This document shows, piece after piece, positions 28,049-39,078 of a stretch of 64,000 bases of DNA. Made by a program: the position numbers and the translations under genes. Numbering within the stretch: the stretch's first letter is position 1; every line of letters starts with the position of its first letter. Origin of the DNA: Minisyncoccota bacterium (lineage in GTDB: Bacteria; Patescibacteriota; Minisyncoccia; Phycocordibacterales; Phycocordibacteraceae); the NCBI GenBank assembly GCA_039927695.1, contig JBDSUM010000017.1:1631-65630 (forward strand), read 5' to 3'. The notes under the pieces were generated by a model. It was not told where the DNA came from. It searched no databases and worked only from the letters and a program-made list of their open reading frames with translations.

Positions 28049-29992
28049 CTATGCCTCTATTATATTCTCTGCTCCGTATTCGTCAGCTTCATCGTAGTGT
28101 AGGAGTAGCGGGCTAATATCCTGCAAGAAAGACGATGGTTCTGCCATATAGTCTGTGCCATAGATACGACGAATGCGGGCAAGGGTGAGAAAAAGTTTCT
28201 TTTTTGCGCGCGTAACTGCCACATAGAAGAGTCTTCGCTCCTCTTCCTCGTCGCGATCTTCGTTGCTTGCACCCATTCCTTCGTGTGGGAATAGACCCTC
28301 TTCCATTCCTGTTACAAACACCGTGTCGAACTCAAGACCTTTCGCGGCGTGCACGGTCATGAGCGTTACGCCCGTCTTACCCGCTTCCCTGTCCATCTCA
28401 TCTTGGTCTCCAGCAAGCGCTGCCTCGGCGAGGAACGAACAAATACCATCGAGTCCTGGTGTTCCGTCATGACGACTCGCGAGCGTGCCAAGTTCTTTCG
28501 CATTTTCTAAACGTTCTTGGCCATCCTCCCCTTCCTTGATGAGCGCACTTTCAATACCGCTTCGTTCAATCACGAGTTTCACAAATTCTGACGGTGCAAG
28601 AGTTTCTGCTGCTTCGCGCAAGCCAGTAAGAAGTTTTTCAAATGCATCAACTTTCACACGATCTGCAGCACGAAGCTCATTTTGTTTTCCTGCAACAAGT
28701 TTTCCGAGAGTTACCTTACCAATACCTCGTGGTGGTGATTGCACGGCACGCATACGATCCACTTCCCTGTCAGGCTCGAGTGCAACGCGAATCCATGCGA
28801 GAAGATCTTTAACTTCTTTACGATCAAAGAATCGTGTACCAAGCAAACGATATGGAATTCCCGAATGCAGGAATGCTTCTTCGAGTGCACGGCTTTGAAA
28901 GTTCGTTCGGAACAAGACGGCAATTTCTTCTGGTGGTACTCCTTTGCGCAATAGTCGTCCGGTCTGGGTTGCAATCCAGTGCGCCTCAGTCTCTGCGGTA
29001 TTCGATGGATGGATTGTAATTGGCTCCCCTTCCGGATTATTAGTTACTGCATGCTTTTCCTTACGATTCTGATTCTTTTCAATAATTCCATTAGCGGCAT
29101 CAACGATTGTTTTTGTCGAACGATAGTTGTGTTCGAGAACTACATGCTTAGCGGTTGCATACGTATCTTCAAACTTTAGTAAGTTATCGATTGTAGCTCC
29201 ACGCCACGTATATATTGACTGATCGATGTCCCCCACTACGAATAGATTCTGCCTTTCACCTGCTATGAGGTTCGCTAAACGGCCCTGTAATTCATTGGTA
29301 TCTTGAAACTCATCCACGTGGAGATGGCTGAAGCGTTCCTGTACTTTACGGCGCACGTCTTCGTGATTTTGAAGTAAACGAACGGGAAGAACGATAAGGT
29401 CATCGAAGTCGAGGGACTTCTCACGCTTAAGAGTTTCTTCGTAACGAATCCATGCTTCTGCAACGATACGTGACCGAAAACTTTCACGCCCATGTTTGTC
29501 GCGAAACTCTTGCAGAGTCTGCCCCTCTCCTTTTGCTTTAGAAATACGACCAAGAATCGCGCTAGGCGGTACTTCTTTTGGATCAACGTCGAGGGCTTTG
29601 AGTGCTTCGCGTATCGCGCTCTTTGAATCATCACGATCGTAAATAGTGAAGTAACGAGGAATGTCCATCACTGTTCCATATGTTTGCAAAAGCTCACGAC
29701 CGAGACCATGGAAAGTTGCAACGAATGGAAGTGGTGAATCAGGAAGTTTTACATGTAAACGTTCACGCATTTCCCGCGCAGCTTTGTTGGTAAATGTTAC
29801 GGCAAGAATCTTGTGAGCAGGTACCCCCTTTCGGATGAGATGGTAAATACGAGTCGTGAGTACAGATGTTTTACCTGAACCAGCGCCTGCAAGAACTGAT
29901 ACAGGGCCATCGATAGCGAGCACTGCCTCTTTCTGAGCCGGGTTTAAATGTGCAATGTATTCAGGCTCAGCAGAAGGATCAAATGCGTTCAT
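28049..29992 (-). CDS. uvrD: ATP-dependent DNA helicase UvrD/PcrA
   Basis: LNPAQKEAV...AGAGSGKT superfamily 1 helicase motifs. 647 aa. Confidence 0.9.
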   Translation of the reverse strand: MNAFDPSAEPEYIAHLNPAQKEAVLAIDGPVSVLAGAGSGKTSVLTTRIYHLIRKGVPAHKILAVTFTNKAAREMRERLHVKLPDSPLPFVATFHGLGRELLQTYGTVMDIPRYFTIYDRDDSKSAIREALKALDVDPKEVPPSAILGRISKAKGEGQTLQEFRDKHGRESFRSRIVAEAWIRYEETLKREKSLDFDDLIVLPVRLLQNHEDVRRKVQERFSHLHVDEFQDTNELQGRLANLIAGERQNLFVVGDIDQSIYTWRGATIDNLLKFEDTYATAKHVVLEHNYRSTKTIVDAANGIIEKNQNRKEKHAVTNNPEGEPITIHPSNTAETEAHWIATQTGRLLRKGVPPEEIAVLFRTNFQSRALEEAFLHSGIPYRLLGTRFFDRKEVKDLLAWIRVALEPDREVDRMRAVQSPPRGIGKVTLGKLVAGKQNELRAADRVKVDAFEKLLTGLREAAETLAPSEFVKLVIERSGIESALIKEGEDGQERLENAKELGTLASRHDGTPGLDGICSFLAEAALAGDQDEMDREAGKTGVTLMTVHAAKGLEFDTVFVTGMEEGLFPHEGMGASNEDRDEEEERRLFYVAVTRAKKKLFLTLARIRRIYGTDYMAEPSSFLQDISPLLLHYDEADEYGAENIIEA

Positions 29993-30047
29993 TACCTCAC
30001 TATAACAAATTGGCCAGAGGTATAAAAAACGCCTTGAAGCAGGTGCT

Positions 30048-30438
30048 TCAAGGCGAGGGAAACGTACTCATTGCGAGAATCTTTTCCTTTGTCGGGTCTT
30101 GGCAACTTTCCCAGCAAAGAAGGATAAAGAGACTGAGGATGAGCAAGCTCATGCATAGAACGTCGGTATGTACGGATAGGGGCTGAGTAACCTCGAGTAT
30201 CGTATACATTCCGACTGCAAAGAACAGAAATCCTATAAAAATGGTCGACCACCGCTCACCGTTTTGAGCATGGCCTCCGACCATCATTACGATACTTCCG
30301 GAAAACATGAGACTCCAGGCTGAGAACTTAAAAACTCCCCCGTCGTTTATGCCAAATTTTGGCAATACAATCACGATGAGGACTTGTGCGACCAGTATGC
30401 CAATGGCGCTAACCAAGGCCCACATGTTGTGAATACGC
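30048..30438 (-). CDS. small polytopic membrane protein
   Basis: About 4 hydrophobic helices. Start chosen at the internal ATG, MRIHNMW. Confidence 0.35.
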
Positions 30439-30721
30439 ATCGGAACTCTCCCTCTACTTCTATAATTGATATTTGGCCCTACAGCCACGCGCTAATATCA
30501 TCATAATATTGACATATAGTCAATGAATTTCCTTCATACGTTCTCCACAATACAAGTGTCTGTCAAGAGTTGACCCGCTCGTTTGCCGGGCTATACTTGC
30601 TAGGTTGATTGATACTCTGTAACTCAAGAGATGGCTTAGGTAAGCCATTTTTGTATTCTGAAGATTTGCTGAAGTTCCCCCTGTCCGTCTTATTTTGAAC
30701 ACAAAAAATCCTTCTCACGAT

Positions 30722-31882
30722 ATGCCTAAAGGCACTCGTCGGAACGTATACGCAGCATTAGGTGCAGCCGGCATATCGGCGACCCTTTTAGGCACTGTTT
30801 TGCTCCTTACACCAGCCCGAGTGGGAGCCTTCTGGCCATTTTCAACCGCTAAGGCAGCGGATGGCGGCACCCCTATTTTGCACGACCCATCGCTCAATAT
30901 TCTTGCGGCGGCTCTTAATACAGACCCGAACCCTTCAAAGGGTGATTCGTTACTGCCTCTCTCAGAAGGTTCGGCCCTTATGGCTAACTCTGGTCCTGAT
31001 GGCGCACTTCCTGATGTTTCTGCGAGTAATAGTGATACATCGACTGATTCTGGATCAAGTGGAAGTATTTCCGTATATACCGTGAAGAATGGTGATTCTA
31101 TCTCAGGAATTGCCTCGCATTTTGGTATTTCCGTTAACACCATTCTTTGGGCTAACGACCTTACAATAAAGAGCACTATAAAGCCGGGCATGACGCTCGT
31201 CATCCTCCCCGTGTCAGGCACCCAACACACGGTGACGAGTGGTGAAACCTTGTCTTCTATAGCTATCAAATTTAAGGCATCGGCGCAGGAAATTGCTACC
31301 TTCAACGGTCTAGATGCGGGCGCTACGGTAGTTGTTGGTTCCACTCTTGTTATTCCTGGCGGCGAAGTTACGGCAAGTGCCGCTACCCCTACTACCGTTC
31401 ATAAGCTAGCTACCACAGCGACTAAGACGAGCTCAACTGCGGTCGTAGCGAAAACCACGTCTGTAAAAATCAAAGCAGATATTAGTGCGCCATCAGCTAG
31501 TAGCGGTTATTACGCGAATCCAGTACCAGGTGCAATTCTTTACCAAGGGATTCACGGTAACAACGGTGTCGATCTAAGTGCCCCAAGTGGTACTCCTATT
31601 CATGCAGCGGCAGGTGGAACGGTCATTCTTTCAAAGGGAGATGGTGGATGGAATGGTGGGTACGGATCATACGTCGTAATTAGTCATGCAAATGGAACGC
31701 AGACTCTTTACTCTCATATGAGCAAAGATATTATTTCTGTAGGCGACGTTGTTTCTCAAGGACAGCTGCTCGGATACGTAGGCGAGACCGGCGAGGCTAC
31801 CGGTAACCATCTTCACTTCGAGGTACGTGGTGCTAAGAATCCTTTTGGATACTCATGTACTCTCATGAGTAAGTGCTACTAA
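30722..31882 (+). CDS. LysM-domain M23 family peptidoglycan peptidase
   Basis: Two LysM repeats (YTVKNGDSISGIASHFG, HTVTSGETLSSIAIKF). M23 motifs HGNNGVD...H.H at the C-terminus. Confidence 0.85.
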   Translation: MPKGTRRNVYAALGAAGISATLLGTVLLLTPARVGAFWPFSTAKAADGGTPILHDPSLNILAAALNTDPNPSKGDSLLPLSEGSALMANSGPDGALPDVSASNSDTSTDSGSSGSISVYTVKNGDSISGIASHFGISVNTILWANDLTIKSTIKPGMTLVILPVSGTQHTVTSGETLSSIAIKFKASAQEIATFNGLDAGATVVVGSTLVIPGGEVTASAATPTTVHKLATTATKTSSTAVVAKTTSVKIKADISAPSASSGYYANPVPGAILYQGIHGNNGVDLSAPSGTPIHAAAGGTVILSKGDGGWNGGYGSYVVISHANGTQTLYSHMSKDIISVGDVVSQGQLLGYVGETGEATGNHLHFEVRGAKNPFGYSCTLMSKCY

Positions 31883-31893
31883 GCACCGTAATC

Positions 31894-33471
31894 TCATTCA
31901 AACCCAAACAGTCCGCGTGGTCGGTACTGCAGAGCCTCTAGAACATGTGCGGGTAGCACCTCGTTAGACTCGGCCAAATCCGCAATAGTACGTGCTACGC
32001 GCATGGTTCGGTGATAGCTTCGTGGAGAAAATTGTAATCTTTGCGCAGCTATTAGTAATGTTTTGCTTGCCTCGACAGTAAACGCAGTTGTCTGCTCTAG
32101 CTCTCGAGGACTTAGGCGACCATTTACTGCCCCAGCACAGCCCACACGCAGAGCCATTCGAGTTCGCGCCTTATGTACACGCGTACGAATCACTTCAGAT
32201 TTTTCTATTTGGCTACTACCAGTTTCTTTACTAAGCGCCGCAAGAGTTTCATGCGGAATATGCGTAACCTCAACCCAAAGGTCGAGTCGATCAACGATAG
32301 GTCTTGATATTTTTCTTGATTGTTTAAGTGCTTGTCGTACTGCTACGCCCGTATCTGATGAGAGCGTATCAGCTGGATTCATTGCTGCCACGAGCATGCA
32401 ATCTGCGGGGAACGTTGTGGTTCCTTTTGTACGAGTCACAGTAATAGTTCTGTCTTCAAGCGGTTGTCGCAGTGATTCAAGTGCGCGTGCATCGAATTCA
32501 GCAAACTCATCTAGAAAAAGAATTCCATTATGTGCAAGTGTAACTTCTCCTGCACGAGGGTATGCTCCCCCGCCAACCATAGCAGTGTGTGACACTGTGT
32601 GATGAGGCGCACGAAATGGTGGCCACATGCACACATCATCGCTGGGAAGTATTCCTGCAGTTGAATGAATCGCGATTACTTCAAGCAGCTCATTGCTGCT
32701 AAGTGGGGGTAGTATACTCGGCAGTGCACGAGCAAGCATGGTCTTCCCTGTTCCTGGCGGTCCATACAGTACGATGTTGTGTCTGCCTGCGGCCGCTATC
32801 TCAAGCGCACGCTTCGCGGTTTCCTGTCCCTTTATATCTGCAAAGTCTTGAGTTGGTGGACGAACGTTAGGCAATGCTCGTTTCTTTGCGGGAGGAATCT
32901 TATTCCTCCCGAGCAAGTGGTCAACGATTTCTGTAAGAGTATCTGCCGGGTACACTGTCACATCACCAGCTAGGAATGCTTCGCTGGCATTGTTCGATGC
33001 AACAAAAATTTCTGTCATGCCATGTTCTTTTGCACAGATTACTTGAGACAGTACGCCTCGAACACCTCGAACAGTTCCATCAAGACCAAGCTCCCCGCAA
33101 AACAAGGCAGATTGTTCAGGTAGGTCAATATCGCCTGCCGCTGCTAAGTAGCATATGGCAAGTGGCAAATCATAATGAGAACCTTCCTTTTTAAGATCGG
33201 CGGGAGAAAGCGACAGTATTATTCGGCGATTAGTCGCCTTCGGGGATTTAAAACCGGCATGACGTATAGCTGCAGAAATACGATCACGGGCCTCCTCGAC
33301 AGCTTTATCTGCGAGACCAATAACGGAGAAAGCGTGTAGACCACGAGAGAGGTCAGCCTCAATAGTTACAAGCTCAGCACGCGCACCAATTGGTTGTGCT
33401 GCGACAAGCATTGCGTACCCCGCCACCTTCTTACTTCGCCGTTCTGGCTGTTTGTATGAATTAGTTCCCAT
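31894..33471 (-). CDS. comM: YifB/ComM family Mg-chelatase-like ATPase
   Basis: [15 protein letters not shown] Walker A. Lon-like N-terminal domain. 525 aa. Confidence 0.85.
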   Translation of the reverse strand: MGTNSYKQPERRSKKVAGYAMLVAAQPIGARAELVTIEADLSRGLHAFSVIGLADKAVEEARDRISAAIRHAGFKSPKATNRRIILSLSPADLKKEGSHYDLPLAICYLAAAGDIDLPEQSALFCGELGLDGTVRGVRGVLSQVICAKEHGMTEIFVASNNASEAFLAGDVTVYPADTLTEIVDHLLGRNKIPPAKKRALPNVRPPTQDFADIKGQETAKRALEIAAAGRHNIVLYGPPGTGKTMLARALPSILPPLSSNELLEVIAIHSTAGILPSDDVCMWPPFRAPHHTVSHTAMVGGGAYPRAGEVTLAHNGILFLDEFAEFDARALESLRQPLEDRTITVTRTKGTTTFPADCMLVAAMNPADTLSSDTGVAVRQALKQSRKISRPIVDRLDLWVEVTHIPHETLAALSKETGSSQIEKSEVIRTRVHKARTRMALRVGCAGAVNGRLSPRELEQTTAFTVEASKTLLIAAQRLQFSPRSYHRTMRVARTIADLAESNEVLPAHVLEALQYRPRGLFGFE

Positions 33472-33608
33472 TCTAGTATCTTGTCGGGTACATGAACTAC
33501 ACGAGATACCTTTCTGTGGGGACAGCGTTGATTAGACTTTAGAAAAAATACATCTCCCGGCATTAGTGCCGGGAGATGTATTTTCAAGCAATTATCTTCA
33601 GATTTATT

Positions 33609-34298
33609 TTAGGACATTGCAATCTTTAATGGAACCTCAGTCTTACCTGAAAGAGTTCGATACGCGTGTACTATCGCAAGACTTGAAACGGGTAGCGAAA
33701 CAAGAAGCCCAACAAGAAGAGCTAAAATTCCTAGGATATTAATTCCAATGAGAGCAAGCCCGAGGACGAAAAGCTGCATACGATTACCTTTTGTAAGCTG
33801 CGCACTCTTCCTCATCGCATCAATAGGGTTTAGATTCTCCTCAATTATTATGTAGAGTGAGAAACCAAAGATTACGCCAGCAATAATTCCTGGAATAATT
33901 AGAATCAATCCTACAACTACCACAAGTCCTACTAGAAGTGAGGTCGCAACAAACTTCAGGTATGGATATGGATGCCACAATGCCTGCGCAGAGGTGTCTT
34001 TAATAGAATCGTGAGCGCCTAGATAGAAAGCTGTCTTACCCATACTTACGAGGAATGAGAGACCCATGCCTACAACTGAAGCAAAAACAACTGCGATATC
34101 GGAATTTGATCCAAGCAAATAAGTCCCTGCAGTCAGGTAGCCTGATTGAACTAAACTAATAGCTATATTCGCGAGTATGACAATTGCAGTCACTTGTACA
34201 AACAGCCACGGCTTCGAGGTAAAAGAATTCCAGCCAAATGATAGACAATTCTTAACAGAAAGTCGTTCCATACTTATCCGTTCATGTGCGCTTTGCAT
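33609..34298 (-). CDS. polytopic membrane protein
   Basis: 229 aa with about 6 TM helices. No recognisable domain. Confidence 0.45.
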   Translation of the reverse strand: MQSAHERISMERLSVKNCLSFGWNSFTSKPWLFVQVTAIVILANIAISLVQSGYLTAGTYLLGSNSDIAVVFASVVGMGLSFLVSMGKTAFYLGAHDSIKDTSAQALWHPYPYLKFVATSLLVGLVVVVGLILIIPGIIAGVIFGFSLYIIIEENLNPIDAMRKSAQLTKGNRMQLFVLGLALIGINILGILALLVGLLVSLPVSSLAIVHAYRTLSGKTEVPLKIAMS

Positions 34299-34630
34299 GT
34301 TGCCGCAGCAGGATCTGCAGACAGTCTATCTTCTTCAATTTCTTCTCCGCTAACCTCACATACGCCGTACGTCCCATTTTCAATACGTTCAAGAGCAGTA
34401 AGTACGATATTGTAACGAATTTCAAGATCGTTTAAAATCGCACTGTTTTCGCTAAGGTGTTCCATTAAATCGGCGCGATCATTCGGATCTGATTCCTGTC
34501 CTATTTCCTGGGGTACTGGCTCCCAGTCAGCGGGATTCGAAGGATTCCGTCGTCCCACGCTTTCCAATTCCGTTTCCAATAGCTTCTTCTCATCCTCAAG
34601 TTTTGCTTTGTATGTGCTGGTGTCTTTCAT
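34274..34630 (-). CDS. DksA/TraR family protein with degenerate zinc finger
   Basis: C-terminal CEVSGEEIEEDRLSADPAAATCKAH resembles the DksA C4 finger, but only 2 Cys are retained. Confidence 0.55.
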   Translation of the reverse strand: MKDTSTYKAKLEDEKKLLETELESVGRRNPSNPADWEPVPQEIGQESDPNDRADLMEHLSENSAILNDLEIRYNIVLTALERIENGTYGVCEVSGEEIEEDRLSADPAAATCKAHMNG

Positions 34631-34680
34631 ATAAAAATACTAGCACGGGCTAGCAGGCCAGACTACGTGATACTGCTCTA

Positions 34681-36237
34681 CTATGGGGTTACGGTAGCGG
34701 TAAGTCGTGCAATAATTGCTGTAAATGCTGCCTCATCGCGAGCAATTATAAGCGTATCTTTCCCTTGGTAGCCATATAGGATCAAACTTCTTCCCTTTGA
34801 ATCTCGAAGAATGCGTACGTCATGGTTTGCGACAACGGCATCGGTAAAGAACGGTGACGCAATAGCTACGTTAGTTGTGGTTGACGTACTTAAAGTCGTG
34901 GTCGCGACAACGGCAGTACTTACATCTGTGTATGTTGGAAAGAATGGTAATAACGAAGCAGTCATCGTTGGTTCCCATGCCAGCATTCCTGCAAATGTGC
35001 GTTCATATGAATTTACACGTAACACAAGGAAGGGTCGTGATTCATTTCCTGCATGAATGGTACCAACAGTGCTCGAATCATCAATATTTCGTATAAGTAT
35101 GTCTGGAGCGTCGAGAGGCAGCTGCCTGATTATCGCACCTCCTGGTTGTGGAATACCGCTGCCGGCAACTGAAGGGGTTGTTATGTACGTCACGATCACA
35201 TTACCCGACACTGATGTCTGTCCGGCTATATCAGCTATATTTTTCATGAGAGCTATTCCCGTTCCCTTCACTTCCACACTTTCATCAAAAGTAATCAAAG
35301 AAGGGACACCTGCAACGACAGGCACTGTTGGTGTTTTTTTAGTATAGAGATACGCAGCGGCCACAATACCTATCCCTAACACAAGGAGAAGAGCGCCTGC
35401 CAGAACAGGGACTAAGCGGCTACGTGGATTGCTTCTCTTTATTACTGATGGACCCGCATCGCTTTGGGAAGCGAGTACTGAGAATGTCGATGCCTTTTGA
35501 GAATCAATGCGATCAGAAAAATCAGAAGTGAACGTGTGTATTGGCGATGCGCTTACTTCCTGCGGTCTTGGCGCGGGTGGTACTGGTGCAACTGGTTCAC
35601 GTACTGGCAACGGCACAACACGTGGTTCTGCTGGCGGCATAAACTGTGGAGGCTTTGGAGTTTCAGCAATGATTGGTTGCGGTACCGGCACTATTGGTTC
35701 TTCAGGAAGAGGCACAACAATAGGTTGTGCAGGCTCAATTACATTTGCTGGACTGTGACTCGCGAGCTTTGCGCGTAGTCGCGCAAGAATAGCCTCTCGT
35801 TCTTGAGCCGTTTCTTCCGGAACAACGTTTGGAGTAACTCCAATACTTGCCTGTGGCATAACGGACATTGGAGATGGTGCGGGAGCTTGTGCTGAGACTT
35901 GCCCACTAAAGATACCGTCGGAATCATCTTTAGAGAGAGCAACAACTTCAGACTTAAATTCTTTTGGTGATGATGGGTTATCTCCATGATTAACGGGAGA
36001 AGCATCGTACTCGGGCACGGTCACATTGTCATCAGTGGTCTCAGGTTTAGCTGGTGCAGCAGTTGGAGTAGGTGCAGGAGAATTCGTGAGCGCAGCTACG
36101 TCTTTTGCGTAGGTACGAATATATTGTGACGGATCGCTTGGTTGCGTAAACGTCGCGTCAGTCTTTGGAACTATGGTCTTCACGTCATCGGGATTCATTC
36201 CCTTATATTCTACATGCCAGGTGAGGTTAGACCTCAC
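34681..36237 (-). CDS. bitopic membrane protein with Pro-rich cytoplasmic region and extracellular C-terminal domain
   Basis: PxxP-rich low complexity, a single TM helix LVPVLAGALLLVLGIGIVAAAYL, then a ~230-aa C-terminal domain. Confidence 0.45.
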   Translation of the reverse strand: MRSNLTWHVEYKGMNPDDVKTIVPKTDATFTQPSDPSQYIRTYAKDVAALTNSPAPTPTAAPAKPETTDDNVTVPEYDASPVNHGDNPSSPKEFKSEVVALSKDDSDGIFSGQVSAQAPAPSPMSVMPQASIGVTPNVVPEETAQEREAILARLRAKLASHSPANVIEPAQPIVVPLPEEPIVPVPQPIIAETPKPPQFMPPAEPRVVPLPVREPVAPVPPAPRPQEVSASPIHTFTSDFSDRIDSQKASTFSVLASQSDAGPSVIKRSNPRSRLVPVLAGALLLVLGIGIVAAAYLYTKKTPTVPVVAGVPSLITFDESVEVKGTGIALMKNIADIAGQTSVSGNVIVTYITTPSVAGSGIPQPGGAIIRQLPLDAPDILIRNIDDSSTVGTIHAGNESRPFLVLRVNSYERTFAGMLAWEPTMTASLLPFFPTYTDVSTAVVATTTLSTSTTTNVAIASPFFTDAVVANHDVRILRDSKGRSLILYGYQGKDTLIIARDEAAFTAIIARLTATVTP

Positions 36238-36267
36238 CTGGCATGTGTACTTTGATTATGCGTTTTA

Positions 36268-36780
36268 CTAACCGCGACCTATGAGGAATTTCTTGGGGTC
36301 ATCACACATGTCGGTAAAGGCATGTGCTGCTTCTTTTAGTTTTGATGAAGAAGACTTACCAAATGAGATTACTTCAACTTGGCAGCCCATATGCATGTCT
36401 AAATACTCAATGAGAGGAACAAAGTCACCGTCACCAGTAGCTAGTACGATGGTATCGAGCTTTGGACCAAGCTTCACTGCGTCGATAGCGAGACCTACGT
36501 CCCAATCGGCTTTCTTTGCGCCGTCAGAAAAGATTTGCAACCCCTTAACCTTCGTTTCGATACCTATTTTGGTAAGAGCGTCGAAGAACGCTGTCTCATC
36601 GCCACTTTCTGTTGAGATAACATATGCAATAGCGCGCACGAGCGTGCGATCCCCCACTGCTTCTTTGAGCACGTTTGCGAAGTTCACACGGGTCTTATAA
36701 AGATGTTTCGCACTATGGTACAGGTTCTGCGTATCGATGAAGACACCGACGCGTTGAGCTGGATGTTTAATAACTGCCAT
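36268..36780 (-). CDS. NYN domain (LabA-like) protein
   Basis: VGVFIDTQNLYHS...GDGDFVPL, the PIN-like NYN signature. Confidence 0.75.
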   Translation of the reverse strand: MAVIKHPAQRVGVFIDTQNLYHSAKHLYKTRVNFANVLKEAVGDRTLVRAIAYVISTESGDETAFFDALTKIGIETKVKGLQIFSDGAKKADWDVGLAIDAVKLGPKLDTIVLATGDGDFVPLIEYLDMHMGCQVEVISFGKSSSSKLKEAAHAFTDMCDDPKKFLIGRG

Positions 36781-36914
36781 ATTAAATAAATATTAGAGTT
36801 GGCGCGAGGCTACTATGCCAGCTGCCGTTTTTTACTAAAAATACGTAGCCAAATAAGCTACTCGAACATTCTATCACCTACAAATCGTACAATAGCTACT
36901 ATAAAGAACAAACC

Positions 36915-36940
36915 GGCGGTGAGGCCGGTTATTCTTTAGA
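36915..36940 (-). terminator. terminator hairpin downstream of rpsO
   Basis: AACCGGCGGTGAGGCCGGTT stem-loop. Confidence 0.45.
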
Positions 36941-36941
36941 A

Positions 36942-37217
36942 TTACTTCTTGAGACCCAACTTCTTCACAATCGCACTGTACTGACGCTTGTTGTTCTTTT
37001 CGAGGTAGCGCAAGTGAGTACGACGATCAGCAACCATCTGAAGAAGACCACGACGTGAGTGAAAATCCTTCTGATTCTTCTTAAGGTGGCTTGTGAGTTC
37101 TTCAATTTTACGGCTGAGGATACCAACCTGAACAGACGCTGAGCCTGTGTCAGTGTCGTGCATCGCCGCGTTCTTTATAACGGCTGTCTTTACGCGTTTT
37201 GTAAGCATTGAGGCCAT
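36942..37217 (-). CDS. rpsO: 30S ribosomal protein S15
   Basis: 91 aa with the conserved GSASVQVGILSRKIEELTSHLKKNQKDFHSRRGLL stretch. Confidence 0.9.
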   Translation of the reverse strand: MASMLTKRVKTAVIKNAAMHDTDTGSASVQVGILSRKIEELTSHLKKNQKDFHSRRGLLQMVADRRTHLRYLEKNNKRQYSAIVKKLGLKK

Positions 37218-37302
37218 GGTACCACACCTTGATTAATCGCGCAAGTGTCTCCTAGTACTCTACTCCCTGGTCACAAATATTGTACGAACCAGCGCGATGC
37301 TA

Positions 37303-38221
37303 CAATTTAGGTATGAATGCAGAGCAGATCAAGCGCCAATTTCTTGAATATACAGAAATTGAGAGAGGTCGAGCGGTAAAAACGATCCAAAACTACGATC
37401 ATTACCTCACGCGTTTCTTTATGCAGATGAAAATTGTCACTATTAACGACATTACTGAAGATAAAGTGCGTGAATTTAGGCTTTGGCTCAATAGACAGCC
37501 CGGAACTAACAATGATTCGATGAAACGTCGAACTCAAAACTATTATTTGATTGCATTACGTGCGTTCCTTAAGTACTTACGTAAACAAGGAATAGATGGA
37601 ATGTCACCGGAGCGTATTGAACTCGCCAAAGTTCCCGAGCGTCACCTTGATCTCATCTCCCCTATTGAATTGGATCGACTCTTAGCGTCAGCTGATGGTA
37701 CTGACGAGCGAGGATTGCGCGACAAAGCTATACTCGAACTCCTTTTCTCTACTGGGCTACGTGTTTCTGAACTTTGTTCGCTTGATAATGATCTAGATTT
37801 AACGCGAGACAGCTTCCCTATTCGCGGTAAGGGCGAGAAAGTACGTGTTGTTTTTCTTTCTGATGAAGCGAAAGCAGCAGTGAGAGCTTATTTAAAAGCT
37901 CGAAAGGATATGCACGAAGCATTGTTTGTGAATGTTCCGCGAAGTCGCAATGTAAAAGCAACACCTGGTCGCCTAACTCCCCGCTCTATTGAGTTGATGA
38001 TTAAAATATATGCGGCTAAAGCGGGCATCACTAAAAAAGTGACCCCACACGTTATGAGGCACTCATTTGCAACAGACTTGTTAAATAATGGTGCAGATAT
38101 TCGCTCTGTGCAGCAATTGCTTGGACACGCATCAATTACTACCACGCAGATTTACACTCACGTTACCGACGCTCACTTGGCGAATGTGCATAAACAGTTT
38201 CACGGGCGTCGACGAAACTAG
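37303..38221 (+). CDS. tyrosine recombinase XerC/XerD family
   Basis: C-terminal HVMRHSFATDLLNNGADIRSVQQLLGH...Y catalytic region. ATG at 37303; the ORF-track start at 37280 is TTG. Confidence 0.8.
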
Positions 38222-38311
38222 TTTTGACAACGAGCATCCATCCCTATACCTTCAAGGCAGGTGCCCTTTTCTGGGAGAATTACAGTGATACGAGGAAGAA
38301 AGACGAAAGGT

Positions 38312-38776
38312 ATGGTTGTGAGAGGGTCACATCCGTACTCAGAAGATAAAAAATTACTCATTTCGCTATGGGTCGCAATTGCGGACATTGAAACCATCGA
38401 AGATTCGTTGCGCGTGGCCAGACCGTTATTAGACCCCGAGGGTATGGACGTGTTGGTTCTCGCGGTCGCCTATCTGTCCGAAAAGAAGACGAATGATGAC
38501 GGGAAGCGCGACGGTAAGAAAATCTACGAGCATAGACAACATGGGCTTGGCGAGCGTCTCACCCCACAACACAAAATCAAAGCAGCTATCATTATTGCGC
38601 TGAAAGAAGTCGTTGCTCGTTCAGTGATAGGAAATCAAAATAACAAAGATCTTCGCCACGAGCTCAAGAGTAAAAGATTCCATGCACATGCAGTCGTGCT
38701 AGATTTGCTCAGTCTCATGGATGAACGTCTCCGTTGGGGAGATGATCCCCCTAAACTACCGACTTACCTACGGTAG
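38312..38776 (+). CDS. hypothetical protein
   Basis: The ORF-track start at 38261 is GTG. The internal ATG at 38312 is more likely. No recognisable domain. Confidence 0.35.
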   Translation: MVVRGSHPYSEDKKLLISLWVAIADIETIEDSLRVARPLLDPEGMDVLVLAVAYLSEKKTNDDGKRDGKKIYEHRQHGLGERLTPQHKIKAAIIIALKEVVARSVIGNQNNKDLRHELKSKRFHAHAVVLDLLSLMDERLRWGDDPPKLPTYLR

Positions 38777-38877
38777 TTTTTTTATTGCATTTTTCTAACA
38801 ATATTGGGTAATCCACAGGGTGCCCCAAAACTCCTAGAATTAAAGCTACCATTAGGTATACCCATAAAAGGAACGTC

Positions 38878-39009
38878 ATGGATTACACCCAAGAAGGTGA
38901 AGAAATTCCTGAGCCACCAAAGGAAAGTTCTGGTTCTGGGAAATTGCTTTTCGCAGCTGCTGCAATAGTCGTTCTCCTTGGAATATTGTTCGTTGCTATC
39001 AAGTGGTAA
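38878..39009 (+). CDS. possible small membrane protein (43 aa)
   Basis: Below the track cut-off. AAAGGAACG RBS-like sequence lies 3 nt before the ATG. Encodes one clean TM helix. Confidence 0.35.
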   Translation: MDYTQEGEEIPEPPKESSGSGKLLFAAAAIVVLLGILFVAIKW

Positions 39010-39078
39010 TTATCGATAGTAAAAGTTAAGTCTCCGCGAGATATCATCAAAACCAGCAAATCGTTATAGAATAGTTCC

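Noticed and set aside
28485-28898. 137-aa plus-strand ORF
   Set aside because: Antisense within the uvrD/pcrA gene. Ser/Arg-rich.
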